From NCBI RefSeq assembly GCF_003918875.1, contig NW_025765103.1:1302001-1366000 (forward strand): a DNA stretch of 64,000 bases, read 5' to 3'. Shown one piece after another: positions 32,601 through 44,807 of the stretch (positions within the stretch are counted from its first letter, which is position 1; each line of letters begins with the position of its first letter). This stretch comes from Haliotis rubra (lineage: Eukaryota). Under the pieces are notes generated by a model that saw nothing but the letters and a program-made list of their open reading frames with translations, had not been told where the DNA came from and did no database searches. Both the position numbers and the translations under genes were made by a program.

Positions 32601-35600
32601 ATTCATGTGGCTACAGATAAACTAGTATCTTCTTATTACTAGATATCTTATAACAACCCATAGATTATGATAAGATCTTTATCATAAATGAGTTGCGATC
32701 CCTTCATGTGCAGGTAAGATCTTTACCCGTACAGGATCTTTAATCACTCATGCTAGCCTATACTAGACTGTGCGCATGGACTTTCAAACTAATACTTTTC
32801 CTAGTAAAAGTCATCTACAAGTCAGCGTGATAAAGGGTGAGATTTCCAACTCAGTGCCTTTGAGGAACCGTTAGTAGCTGTGCTACAACGAGAGGCCCAA
32901 ATTGGTGAATGCCTGAGTTGTCTTCAGTGGCTATGTCTCGGAGGTAGTGGTTGGCAAACACCGTGTCCGACTTCCAAAAGCAGCCCTCCATAATTGCTGG
33001 TATAGAGCAATTTCTGTGCAGAGCCAGTGTTGACGCCAGTGCTCTGACTTCGTGTGGGTTGGAAGCTCTAGGAGGTTCTAGTCCTGCTGCTTTATAGGCT
33101 CTCAATATGACGGCTCTCATCCAGAACGATATCGTCGTTCTTGAGACTTCTGCTGATGTCTCTGTTGATAATGGGATGAACAGGTGCTTGAATTTTCGTC
33201 TCCTTGTCTCAGTCTTTTGAAGATATATCTTTAGGGCTCTGACTGGACACAAGGATAGGTCTTCTATATCCTCTGGGCCGAGAATTGCAGATAGCGCTTT
33301 TACGTTGAACTGTCTATCTGGCTGACCAGGTAGTTGGTTCTTGGCAATGAAGTCCCATCTAAGTCCTAGATGAACTGCAGCATGTTGCCCCTTGTTGAAT
33401 CTGGTTTGACCAAAGTCCAGGGCATGTATCTCTGACATTCGAGCTGCCGTGGCTAGAGCAGGCAGGAACAGAGTCTTCTGTGTCAGCAGGTCGAAGGTAG
33501 TCTGGTCTAGAGGTTCGTAGGCATCACTCATAAGATGACGAAGAATTACATTCAGATCCCAGGCCGGAGCTCTGAACTTCTTTTGCTGGTCCTCCACTTT
33601 AAAAGATCTCAGCAGAGCAAGTAATTCTGGTACTTTCGTCAACTTGATGCCTGTTTTCAAAGTAATCACTGTACTGATGGCGGAGAGGTATGTAGATAAT
33701 GTCGAACCTTCCAGATGTCTGGTCTGTCTAAGATGACACAGGTATTCCGCCACTTGAGGATGAGTAGCTTTCATCGCAGTGAAGCCTTTCCGCCTTGCAT
33801 AAGTCTCAAACTTCAGCCACTTGTCATCATACAGGTTACAAGTAGATCTGCGTAGCGCTAGCGTTACTACCTTGGCTGACAACTTAAAAAGATTCATAAC
33901 TTGGGCAAACTGGCTGTCCTATTGAGTGTTAATCAGTCAAGTTTGGCTGTCGACTAACTCAAATATTATGATGTATCTTAATCTAACAGGTAAGGATTCC
34001 CAAGTCACAAAGACCAAATATGGTCAACAGATCATGTAGCATCATGTTGAAATTGTTCAAACCTATATAATGGTAAATTTGTGTGGTAAATAAGGCTGCA
34101 CAAATCATTGTAGACTAACAGTATCCTCTTTTCTTCAAACATGTTTTGATACGGTCCACACGTGTAGCTGGAACGCTGTCTGGTTCCCGTGGACTTGCTT
34201 GGTGTGCGGATGTATGAGTAGGTACGGCCAATCTGGGAACTTGATTGTTGGACTTCCGACATCTTCTATTAGGTCTAGGAACCATACTCTCGCTGGCTAG
34301 TATGGCGCGACCAAAGTCAGCTGTAGCGCCTGTGTCTGTTTGATCTTCAACAGTACTTCCGGTAGTAATATCAGGGGTGGAAACGCGTGAGCGTTTACCC
34401 GGTAGCGCTAGCGTTACTACCTTGGCTGACAACTTAAAAAGATTCATAACTTGGGCAAACTGGCTGTCCTATTGAGTGTTAATCAGTCAAGTTTGGCTGT
34501 CGACTAACTCAAATATTATGATGTATCTTAATCTAACAGGTAAGGATTCCCAAGTCACAAAGACCAAATATGGTCAACAGATCATGTAGCATCATGTTGA
34601 AATTGTTCAAACCTATATAATGGTAAATTTGTGTGGTAAATAAGGCTGCACAAATCATTGTAGACTAACAGTATCCTCTTTTCTTCAAACATGTTTTGAT
34701 ACGGTCCACACGTGTAGCTGGAACGCTGTCTGGTTCCCGTGGACTTGCTTGGTGTGCGGATGTATGAGTAGGTACGGCCAATCTGGGAACTTGATTGTTG
34801 GACTTCCGACATCTTCTATTAGGTCTAGGAACCATACTCTCGCTGGCTAGTATGGCGCGACCAAAGTCAGCTGTAGCGCCTGTGTCTGTTTGATCTTCAA
34901 CAGTACTTCCGGTAGTAATATCAGGGGTGGAAACGCGTAAGCGTCTACCCGGTAGTCCTTCCCAAGATATGCTCAGTGCATCTGTTGCCCAGGCTTGAGG
35001 ATCTGGAACTGGTGAGACAAAAGTCTGTAGTTGTTTGTTGAACCTCGTGGCAAACAGGTCTATGCAAGGGGATCCTATTTCCCGTATGATGGCCGGAACG
35101 CTTCTGGACGGAGCATCCATTCCGTAGGTGACGGGTGCAGTGGTCGGGATAGAGCGTCTGCAAGTACGTTCTTGGCTCTGGGTATGTGACACGCCTATAT
35201 CCAGATGTTTGCTTCCTCCGTGATGTGGAACAACTGGAATGTGAGCTGTAGCAGGCTTGGAGACCTTGTGGATCCTTGCTGATTTATGGAGAATGCCACT
35301 GTAGAGTTGTCCGTGTGGACCATCAGTATTTTGTTGTTCAGCGAGCTCGACCATAGTTGTAAGGCGTTGATCACGGCTTTTATCACCAGCAGATTGATGT
35401 GAAGATGCTCCTCTATTTTGGACCATCTTCCTGATGCAACTTGATTGTTGAGATGCACACCCCAGCCTTGTATCGAAGCGTCTACGTAGTAGAGATGTGA
35501 GTCGGCTCTTGTAAACAGGTCCCTCCACAAACGTTCGACCTGTGCGTCCACCATAGTAGATACCTTTTGAGGTTGTCTGGCAGCAAGATAGGGTCGACGC

Positions 35601-38600
35601 TGTCTAGATGTTTTGTCTGGAACCGTTGCAGCGGTCTTAGTTGTAACCTTCCTGTGCGAGTCAAGTCCTGCACCGAGGTTAGTAGACCAAGTAGAACTTG
35701 CCATGATCGTAGTGTTAACGGAGAGATGACTGCTGGTGGAATCATGGCTTGTATCTTGACCCAACGATCTTCTGGGACGACAATACGATTCTGTGTTGTG
35801 AAAAAACCTTATCCCCAGAAATTGCAGATCTTGTTTTGGTTCCAACTCTGACTTCATAAGGTTCACCAGCCATCCTAGTTGAGTGAGCAACTTGATCGTG
35901 AAGTTCAGCTGTAGTCTGAGTTGACTGGCATCTTGGTGAACCTGAATTCCGTCGTCCAAGTAGAAGGCATTGCGTAGACCTCGATGATGTAGACATGCGA
36001 CTATAGGCTTGGTTATTCGTGTGAATAGCCACGGAGCTGAAGATATTCCAAACGGTAGGACGTTCCATTGGAAGTGCTGCCCTCTGGATAGGAATCGTAG
36101 ATACTTTCTTGATTCTGGATGTATGGGGATGTGTAGATACGCATCCTGTAGGTCTATGCTGGCCATGTAATCTGCTGGACGGACGAGTAGTCTGAGTTGA
36201 GGTAGGTGGATCATTCTGAACCTCTCTGGTTTCAGTAGATAGTCTTTATTGAATTTGCGCATGTTGTAAATCAGTCTGAACTTCTCCTTGGAGTTCTTCT
36301 TGGGTACTATAAAAACTGGGGGGTAGAAGCCAGGAGTGAGATGATGCTGATCTATTATCTCTACCGCCTCCTTCATAAGTAGTGAGTCGATGGCTTCTTG
36401 TAGTCTGTCTGCCTGTTCCTCTGCATAGTCGAAGACCATCGGGCTTAGGGTTAGCGGAGGTATGGCCTTGAGTTGTACTCTGTATCCTTCTCTTAGTACT
36501 TGGGAGACGTAGTCGTCCTCTAGTATTCCCCAATTTTTCCAGTACCTTTGTAGACGTCCACCCACTGTCAATGGTTTTACAGGAACGGCTGGGGGTGGAA
36601 GACTCCAGCCGTTCCGAACCTTGATATCAACATCTAGTTCCTCTGGATCCTCTGGGAGTGCGGCCTCTCCCTGAGTTTCCTCTGTAATTTCTGTATGGGC
36701 AACGAAAAGATCCTTTGCCGCCTCTGAAGCTGGAGTACTTCTTCTCCTTTGCCTTCTGTATGCTGGAATATTTGGACTTGCTGTTATACCTTTGCAAAGT
36801 ATGTCGGATGACATTGGCCTAAGTATCTATGGATTTTATCATCATAACTTCTCTAGAGTCGTGCATAGCTTCCTTAGCTGCATCGTCTATTTGTCCTCCA
36901 AAGATAGTAGGCGCTTCCCATGGAGCTCTTAGTAGCGGTTGGGTGAATCTATCACTCCAAGAACAGGATGCAAATAGCCCTTGTCTGCGTAGTAAAGTGA
37001 GACCTGCAGATATAGATGCCAGATGGTCCGATAAAAAGTACTGGTCCTTCTTCTGTGTTATGAGGGCCGAATATATCATTCTATCCTCTTCCGAACTTGC
37101 ATTCTGGAATTTATTGATCAATGCTTCATTGATGGCTCTGGACCTGGCCAACCCAAAGAAGGACCTCCTTGTAGCAGTATCCAGTTGAGATAAATATTTA
37201 TCTTCCACTTTATACATCTTGTTTCGGGAGTTGTTGACTAGTTTATGTTGTCATCCCATTCAGGCGCCTTTGTAAATGGATCCATATGATGTAAGGGGAA
37301 TCTCTTCACATTAAATGATGCGAGATGCTGACTCTGGTACTTGGATGCTTTCGCGAAAGCTGTGCGTAGGTTAGAGGGTACCTTGGATATAGGTTCAATC
37401 GGCGGGATAGTGATGGACTCGTTACGCATCATATAAGTGTAGATTTCATCTTTATCCTTAGAAGGAGACTCCAAGTTCAACCCATTGGCAATCCACGCTG
37501 TAACCTCTGAGTCTGGAAAGACGAAGTCTGCTTGCTGATCCAGAGTCTCCTGATTATTAGAGCTAGGCCTCTGCGACTCATCCATCTGCAAACCTGTATC
37601 CCTTTTCGAACCTTCATCATCCTTTCGCGAACCTCTATCTGAAGATTCCTCCTTATGCGAACGTCTATCTTGAGAGTGCTCTCTTCGCGAACCTCTATCT
37701 GTAGATTCATCTCTTCGCGAACCTCTGTGATGTGAGCTATCTCTTTGTGAACATCTGTTGCTAGATGTATCCCTTCGCGAACTTCTGTGATGTGAGCCTT
37801 CTCTCCGCGAACCTCTGTCTCGTGATGAGTGACTTCGCGAACGTCTGTGAGAGATATGAGATCTCGATCTAGAGCGGGCTAGGTGTAGGAGATGGGTCCT
37901 TCAATGTTCTCGAACATTGAGGGTTCGCGGATGTAGAGCTGTGAGCAGGCATCTCATCTCTTCTATCCTCCTATAAGATGACAGAGTTGTCCGATTGTGG
38001 AGACCTTCACAAAGGTGTACGTTCGCCAATGTAGTCTTGTGATGTAGTTCTATGAGGAGTAGGTTCGTGCAGGTCCGTAGGTCCGTAGGTCCGTATGTTG
38101 GCGCACGGTGTCGGTAGATGAAAGGCTTCGACGAGCCTTCGCTTCTTCCTCGAACCTACGTTCCATCATTGCCATCATCTGGTTGGTGAATTGTCTCATA
38201 AATTTGCCCGGGTCGAAGTTCTGTGTTGGTTGCAGCTGCTGCGGTGTAGATGAAGCGTTCGCGAACGCTGATGAGTTCTGCGCCTCAACTTCACTCCGTT
38301 GAGAAGTAGGTGGTAGTTCGTCAAACAGCTGGCCTGCTGTGACCGTTGCAGGGGACGATCTAGTAGTTGTAGAAGTCGATTGAGTCGCTGATCTCGTAGG
38401 TACTTCGGGTAGAAGGAACGGGGGGTCATCAAAAACGTCTACTTCATGTGGAGGTAATATCTCTTCGTTGAAGGATTTCTGCAGTGTTGACATACTAGCA
38501 CGCATAGATTTACCCTCCGATCTGGTAACAGATGCTTTCTTCTGTGGTGTAGAAAAAGATGACGTATATTTCTTAGCATGAGTCGGAGTCAACTGCGTTG

Positions 38601-41600
38601 TAGCCGATCTCTTCTTGGCCCCCGTACCAGCAGACTGCCCCTGCCACGTACTAAACATAGCACCAGTATTATGAACTTCAGCAGTACCGTAGCAAGCAAC
38701 ATACGGTTTGTAGGCTGATCTCCTGTTTTATCAGCCGTGACGTGAGATGACTTCCTCACCCGATCCATGGCACATCTATAGATATAAGACAAATATTGAT
38801 TAAATTGAAGATTTGATAAATCAACACAATAAGTACAGCGCAAGCTGGAAGAACATGGTTTTGTGCACGAAGGGCACTGGGGGTGAGGATCAGCCACAGA
38901 TAACCTGTGCCTGCAAACACTGCGAGATTTCATGAAATGAAACAAGGTTACATTACGATGAATTTATGACATAAATACAAATACTTTTTACAAATAATAC
39001 ATAGTAGTTATTGCCAAATCCATATACAGCATAATTTTGAAGAATAGGACCTAAATAAAAAGGATATAAAGCCGTATAAGGGACTCCAGTGCTCGCCCAA
39101 CAATCCGCTTGGTCGAAAAGGGAGAGAGTGACAAGTAAGGCTGGTCACATGACTGTTTGCGCGGGAAAAGGGCAAAAGGGAGGTAACTCGTGGGTGAGTG
39201 TATTTATACGTCCGCTTCGGGAACTTCAAGGGATTCAAGTGTTCCACTACCATTCGAAAAGAAAAGGGAGATAAGCGAAAGATCATGAGTCAGGATAAGA
39301 AAAAATTATTTCTTATCTACAGGAAATCAAGTTTCTTAAATCTCTCTCACATACACCACTGGATCATTTTTCTCACTAATAGCAATTTGAACATCATCTT
39401 GGAGATATCTCTTATAGGTCATATGTCCACATGTGATTGGACAAAGCCAGCGTGTCTTGTAAACATGTTGTATTACCCCCATCTTATTCTAGCTACATGA
39501 TGTTACTGAAGCATCATGTATGTCAACAAGGATGAACTAGTCCTTAGGTAATTAAGTAAAGTGCATGGAAACCTTTAAGTTGGACTAAGCTCACCATATG
39601 TTCTAAGAGTTATCATAGTTTCTGTTTGCATATATTCATGTAGCTAACATGTGAAAGTGGAGAGAAGGATAGAGGAAGGGAGGGGGAAAGGAGGAGGGGG
39701 TTGATGGTGATTTGTAATGGGGGATCACGTATCATAATCGAGCTAGATTATACTTCAAGTCAGATTCCAATGACACTCTGCTATTCTTATCGGAACTAGC
39801 CTCCAACCCCCAACCACATCACCACCGATCTTCTTCCATGGCTACTTAACCACGTTACCATTTACAGTATATTCCTCGTTTACAATCAACCATCCTCGAT
39901 AATCTCCAGGGTATACGTTACGATCACTCTCCACTATACCTTGGATGCAGTCGCAGTTGCAAAGGTTTGTTTGCAGTGCCACTCAGATTTTGGGGGAAAT
40001 AATAAAGACAAATTCACAGATCTGAAACTTTAAAAAGAATATATAAAAGACTGACTGACTGAGTTTGGTTTTACCCCGCTTTTAGCAATATTCCAGCAAT
40101 ATCACGGCGGGGGACACCAGAAATGGGCTTCACTCATTGTACCCATGTGGGGATTCGAACCCGGGTCTTCGACGCGACGAGTCAACGCTTTAACCACTAG
40201 ACTACCCCACCGCCCCCATATATAAAAGAACTCCTTCTACTTCTTTCAGAGTACCTCTGCATCAATTGTGTTGCCAAGTTTAAACGGTTAGATAATTTAA
40301 GACGTGAAAGTGAGTAGTGATTGGTACGCTCAACTTCCCAGCGTAGGCACCTGACTGGATAAAAAGCCAGCAAAGGGAGGTAATAAAATCATCGCCCCCA
40401 AGCCGTGGATGCATCCAGGGTATAGTGGAGAGTGATCGTAACGCATACCCTGGAGATTATCGAGGATGACATTCAACATGCTGTACTTCTCATTCCTATT
40501 TAGTCTCAGTTTTCACATTTGCAGTTGCATGTATATATAGTTTCCTGTGCCAATGTTTTCTTGTGTTCTATACCACCATGCAATGCTTGTCATGGTTTCT
40601 CATTGAGTTTGGCTTGTGACTGGGCAGGGGTACACCTTAAGGTAAAGGTCATAAGCTACACTGTTATCTGTAGATAGTTCATACCCGTTGGGGTATTGGT
40701 TGTCAGCTACATTGTGATCTGTAGCTTCTGACTTTCCAGTTGACTGAAGGCATAACAACAATTATTGAGAAGCACACCCTCAGCTATCGCGTATCACACT
40801 CTTAGCTTGCTTACCAGTTGGAGTAAGTTTATCTACTCTACACAACACATTCAGAAATACAAAACAATCAACTAACCTGCCCAACGTCTTTTGTTTCATG
40901 ATATTGCCGCAGGTGTTTGCCATGGCACAGTTCGTATGTCCAGTAACTCTCAATCTGGAAACAAACAATAATGACTAGCAACTACTGAAAACTGGTGAGG
41001 AAAGTGTTGTGGAAGTGTGTAAGTACCATGACCTCATAATGTTTAAGTAATGTTACATCTGATTTTTCACATTTTGAGCAATATCAAGTACCGATGCTGA
41101 AAGTTTGGTACCAGCAAGGATCATACAATTATAGTCTGACACATTTCCATGTCTTTTCAGGTTATGCTGCTATTTTTCTATGATATCCTATCAAAGTGAG
41201 AAACTTAACTCATTTGCACGCACGTATGCGCGCACGCACGCACGCACGCACGCTTATATTTACGCACGCACACACACACGCACACACGTATAGCGCCGAT
41301 ATCCAGTCGCAACATAACCCACCACTAACATATGAACTCAACAAAAAGGACTGACATGAAAATAGCATTTTTCCATGACTTTATAAATCTTTTCTATTTT
41401 CCAAAACTATTCTCATCGTGGGAAACTGAGACCAATAAAGTTGTTTGATCATGTGATACTCATACCAAGGCTGTCTCCTTTTAAAGTGACATGTTTGTTT
41501 GAGAACATATTTTACCATTTCATATTTTTACTTCTGACCAAATCTCACCCTGTATGAACATGTGGTTTGAGTAAAAAGAATGTTCATCAGTTCATCTGCT

Positions 41601-43343
41601 GTCTGCCCTCCATAGTCTGCTTTGGAGCTCTGCAGAGAGAAGGAGCGAACATTGATGATCAGTTATTGTGACCTACACAGAAGTACACCCCACATCAGAT
41701 GTAATTATTTAGGAGTCACTTGTTGATAAGAGATAAAACAACATTGTCAACTTCCAGGAGAGCAGTGCAGGTGCATTTTGAATGTTCCATTGACCGTTAC
41801 TTGTCATGTATTAAACAACTGCAGATATCTACATAGGTACTGCCTGTAGTCTAATGCAATCTATCCCTCTTAAAAAGGCAAAAGTAAATCAGTTTATTTG
41901 CAGCAAATGTGTATCAGGTTCTTGTCCTGATAGTTCCCATGACTCACAAATACATAAACCTAGGTAATTCACCACTGTTATCAAGATTTCAATCATTCCC
42001 CAGAGCCAACCCAAATCGAAGGTTACCCACATCTCTCTTGTCATGTGACTCCGGCAGGATGCACTGATACCTCTCCTTGTTCGTGGTCATCACAACCACC
42101 CGGCTTTCATCAACTGTCTAAACACAAAACAAATGGAACTTGTATTATAAATATCTATATACTATTGTAGAAATAACTCACTCTTTCATGTGTTTTGATG
42201 TTTAGCAATAAGCATGATCACGAAAATATTATACTGGAGTACTTTGTTTTCACTTTCAAATTGTTGAATTTTTCTGTCTGGATCAAACATGTTTGCATTA
42301 TGTGAGTAGACCTGCACCTGACGGTTAACATTGCGCCCTCATGTGAAACTTGATAGCACTTTGGACATTACAGAATTCATAATATAGTTAAATCTAACAA
42401 CCTAATTCTCTCACAACTAATCCTTTCTCTTACAACTAATCTTAAGGATGGAAAGGAAATACACAGTCCTATAGAAATTAAAGGGTTGTTTGATAGTCTA
42501 TCTGTGGACAGCCGTCACATGATGAAGACAAGTTTCATCAGAAATGGGATCCAAGGGCTAAGGACAGATGGATAGAAGTACATGAAGTATACTAATTGAG
42601 AACAACATCATCTTCAGTCATTGTTCCCTGCAATGTGAATTGCTCAACATCGAAACAACCAGAGATATACCTGGCCTCAAGTCAATTATTTAATTGCCAC
42701 AATAATAGAGATGGAATATGTAGCCATGTGGCATAAAATAACATTTACAGACACTGGTTAGGGCAAAGGTTATATAAGTCCCGCAACACATCCTGCTGAG
42801 TTGCTGAAATAGGTAGGCAATTAGTAACAGCTTTGAATCACTTTGATGACAACTCGGTTTCTTGCCATCAAATTATTCAGAAAATGATGATCAGAGAAAA
42901 CACCAATTTCCACTGGACAACTGGAGAAATATGTGCAGTGCACCTATCCCCTAAGATATCTACATTGTAAATAACCAGCTGGGCACCATGGCTGCTCTGT
43001 AGACCAAGTCCAATCTATAGCAGATTGGAATTCAGGTGAAATGTTTTTAATGCTAATTTGAGATATCCCCTACAGGCTTTGCATCAATGGTTTACATGTA
43101 GCATATATATATAATATAAGATAATCTGCACAAGTCTGAAAGCGAAGTGAAACCATAAAACGAGAAAGAAGGGCATGAGCATATTCAATATTTAACCATT
43201 ATTACCTTTTCTATATCAATTTCCGATGAGCCTGGCCAGATAATCTTGAACAACTCGGCATCCATGAACGGGTCAAAATCACCTCCGACAGTGGTCGATA
43301 TCGAAAAAAGAAACACAAAGGCATAGCGCGTATACAGATTCAT
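23685..43343 (-). CDS. ERLEC1: Endoplasmic reticulum lectin 1 (XTP3-B, two MRH domains), 14 exons, 448 aa
   Basis: Exons 43343-43206, 42117-42031, 41629-41549, 40954-40877, 32031-31971, 31259-31249, 30440-30220, 29330-29213, 29078-28929, 26961-26902, 26733-26624, 26301-26224, 24912-24834, 23759-23685; GT-AG and phase-consistent (1347 nt). Signal peptide; [52 protein letters not shown]. Confidence 0.95.
23850..24490. repeat. 32-bp minisatellite, about 20 copies
   Basis: Unit tggtcactcacacttgaatgtaaatatactaa. Confidence 0.93.
25051..25464. mobile_element. Foldback/MITE-like element
   Basis: About 97-bp inverted arms at 25201-25298 and 25358-25455; outer ends tagtcc ... ggacta. Confidence 0.65.
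25620..25753. mobile_element. Inverted-repeat remnant, Penelope-like terminal repeat
   Basis: Arms atggatagatacaacttctttattctgtataggc / gcctatacagaataaagaagttgtatatccat; gacgtttcg motif and AATAAA recall tail-to-tail Penelope remnants. Confidence 0.5.
27641..28947. repeat. 48-bp minisatellite built from the ERLEC1 exon 9/intron 9 junction, with higher-order structure
   Basis: Unit (- strand) GACTATTGTCTTAAAGGG|gtaggtttaccttggaggttatcaaatgga; 80-bp (48+32) period proximally, 240-bp period distally. Confidence 0.95.
29509..29978. repeat. 39-bp minisatellite, about 12 copies
   Basis: Unit ctctgccctgatcctactctaggttggacaccaccatac. Confidence 0.93.
31249..31259 (-). CDS. ERLEC1: ERLEC1 11-nt microexon (exon 6)
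   Basis: tttctcatgtttcag|AATCATCAAAT|gtgagt; bridges the phase-1 end of exon 5 to the phase-0 start of exon 7. Confidence 0.8.
31506..31909. mobile_element. Non-autonomous hAT-like element with 5-bp TSD
   Basis: TIR caggggttcaaaa / ttttgaactcctg; ccact duplicated at 31501-31505 and 31910-31914. Confidence 0.8.
32325..32410. other. DIRS internal complementary region (ICR)
   Basis: First half is the reverse complement of 32049-32102; second half is the reverse complement of the other terminus (about 39270-39304); joined at a T run. Confidence 0.9.
32851..33897 (-). CDS. DIRS tyrosine recombinase
   Basis: Open 348-aa frame with [10 protein letters not shown] (R), LCPVRAL, HEVRA (HxxR), W, F..HY (Y) catalytic residues. 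Confidence 0.9.
   Translation of the reverse strand: MNLFKLSAKVVTLALRRSTCNLYDDKWLKFETYARRKGFTAMKATHPQVAEYLCHLRQTRHLEGSTLSTYLSAISTVITLKTGIKLTKVPELLALLRSFKVEDQQKKFRAPAWDLNVILRHLMSDAYEPLDQTTFDLLTQKTLFLPALATAARMSEIHALDFGQTRFNKGQHAAVHLGLRWDFIAKNQLPGQPDRQFNVKALSAILGPEDIEDLSLCPVRALKIYLQKTETRRRKFKHLFIPLSTETSAEVSRTTISFWMRAVILRAYKAAGLEPPRASNPHEVRALASTLALHRNCSIPAIMEGCFWKSDTVFANHYLRDIATEDNSGIHQFGPLVVAQLLTVPQRH
33852..34951. repeat. 550-bp tandem duplication inside the DIRS element
   Basis: 33852-34401 nearly identical to 34402-34951; gtag microhomology at the junctions. Confidence 0.9.
34684..36814 (-). pseudogene. DIRS pol: reverse transcriptase, RNase H, methyltransferase-like domain (frameshifted)
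   Basis: [24 protein letters not shown]; RNase H DAS..GWG, HINLLV (catalytic E lost), TDN; MT DLFA and AYAFPP; several frameshifts and an in-frame TAG. Confidence 0.9.
36819..38933 (-). pseudogene. DIRS gag-like ORF (fragmented)
   Basis: N-terminal Cys/His cluster (DPHPQCPSC...C.....CTYC), Ser/Thr- and Arg/Ser-rich middle with imperfect 30-nt repeats, RRQ-containing C-terminus; split over several frames. Confidence 0.7.
39891..40468. mobile_element. MITE with about 58-bp TIRs and 2-bp TSD (CMC/EnSpm-like)
   Basis: catcctcgataatctccagggtat... / ...ataccctggagattatcgaggatg; AC flanks both ends. Confidence 0.75.
40051..40217 (-). mobile_element. tRNA-derived SINE nested in the MITE
   Basis: Same family as 7982-8147; 12-bp TSD atatataaaaga at 40039-40050 and 40218-40229. 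Confidence 0.9.
41217..41288. repeat. (CGCA)n/(CA)n microsatellite
   Basis: Direct reading. Confidence 0.8.
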
Positions 43344-44807
43344 ATTGCACTTCAAACTGATTCATTTACAACAATAAGAAAATGGTTGCAATTTACTGAT
43401 GACGCGTACTGTTATCATTTGAGTTTCGTGCAGACGCCATACTGTAGGGCAGCAGTTAATGATCGGCACGGGCTAAAGAAGATTATATACACTTCCGTAA
43501 AGATAACTTGAAGTACGATTATTGATACTGGGCCCTTAGTATTCTTAACAATGTTTTGTCGATAGGCTATGTACATACGTTTCTACATATAACATGAATC
43601 TTAATTATTGGTCAAACAAGTCACGTTCAACTTACAGGGGTCGTGTCATAACCAAATAGGCGTTAAAAGCCTTTAGCGCTGTACATTCTACCACTTGATT
43701 TGATTGTATCTCTGAACAGTTGCCTATTTTATTACAATTGATTCTTTATCTGACAACCAATAAATAATTTCGATGGCTAAACATTTCTTCGTTAAGACTA
43801 TAACGACATCATTGATACATCACTCCTAAATAACAGCAGAAGGACATTAATTGTCTATAAAAAAAGTTGTCTCAAACTGTCTCAGTGCTAGAATATCGTA
43901 TTACATTCCCACTTCTTACATATTGCATGTAGGTGAGGTTTTTCCTTCCTCGCACATTTGAATAAATATATTACCATATTACGTTATATTTGTGCAGAGA
44001 CCGCGCACTGATTTGTGACGTGTGCAATGCATTTTACAGAAATGACTTACTTCTTCAACGTACTGGCCGCACGGCGTCTCTTAACCAGGCTGCCAGATTG
44101 TGGGTTCGAACCACGGTTCTCCCCGATTATGTTTCTCTCGCTTTGTCAGCACCAGACCCATGCAGGTTCCTTTGACGTCAACCTGCTGTAGTGTAAATGA
44201 AATGCCATTTAAATCCGCGTTGAAGCAAACTCACTCACTCAAGATATAGCATAAGCTCCAGAATCAATGACTGGTCCATTGTAAATATGAGCCACAATGT
44301 TTTCGATAACATATCTTTCGCGAAACACAAGTAAACGGCTTTCAACTAGATTTAACAACATTTAATCTCTTACACACATCAGAAACCATATCTATTGCAT
44401 GGTCTCTGCACACATAAAACCAACATTTTTTAGATAATCCTCATAAATTATTAATAGATGCCAAATTGCAATAATTTAGCCTTGAGAACTATCAATGACT
44501 AAACTTGCATAGGCTGAATCGGTTATATTTGTTTCATGGTTTGTATTTTAGACCAGCTATCAGCAATCAACACATTGAATTTTCGTCGTTTGTTAAATAG
44601 TATTTAACTTTACGAGACGGTCCCTAAAAATAGACCCTGCATAGCTATCCGATGAAATGAAGTGTTAAGAGAATCTGTTGGTTGTTAGAACTTTTGACGC
44701 TTTTAGCTAACCAAAACTTTAATTTGAACTAAATACAAAAATTCATGATCATTTTCGACGTCAATATATTCACTGCGGTAATGAAAAATACAAGTTGTCC
44801 AAGCAAG
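43344..44807. promoter_or_regulatory. Divergent promoter region ERLEC1/TMEM87
   Basis: Start codons 1.46 kb apart, head-to-head; CpG retained; tgacgtca at about 44173; ctaaaaatag at about 44624; aagatggcg at the TMEM87 start. Confidence 0.55.

Larger units (their letters stand above)
32049..39305 (-). mobile_element. Full-length, decayed DIRS1-type tyrosine-recombinase retrotransposon in ERLEC1 intron 4
   Basis: Inverted terminal repeats (about 39119-39304 and 32086-32246 plus 3' extension 32049-32085); internal complementary region 32325-32410; T-run ends, no TSD; gag, RT, RNase H, MT and YR coding remnants. Confidence 0.95.

Noticed and set aside
33877-34120. Solo LTR reading (TG...CA) of the DIRS insert
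   Set aside because: No 4-6-bp TSD and no terminal inverted match beyond TG/CA
38641-38704. Second intron explaining the gag frameshift (gtatgt ... ag)
   Set aside because: The good donor is phase 1 but nearby acceptors are phase 2 or 0; a simple frameshift is more parsimonious
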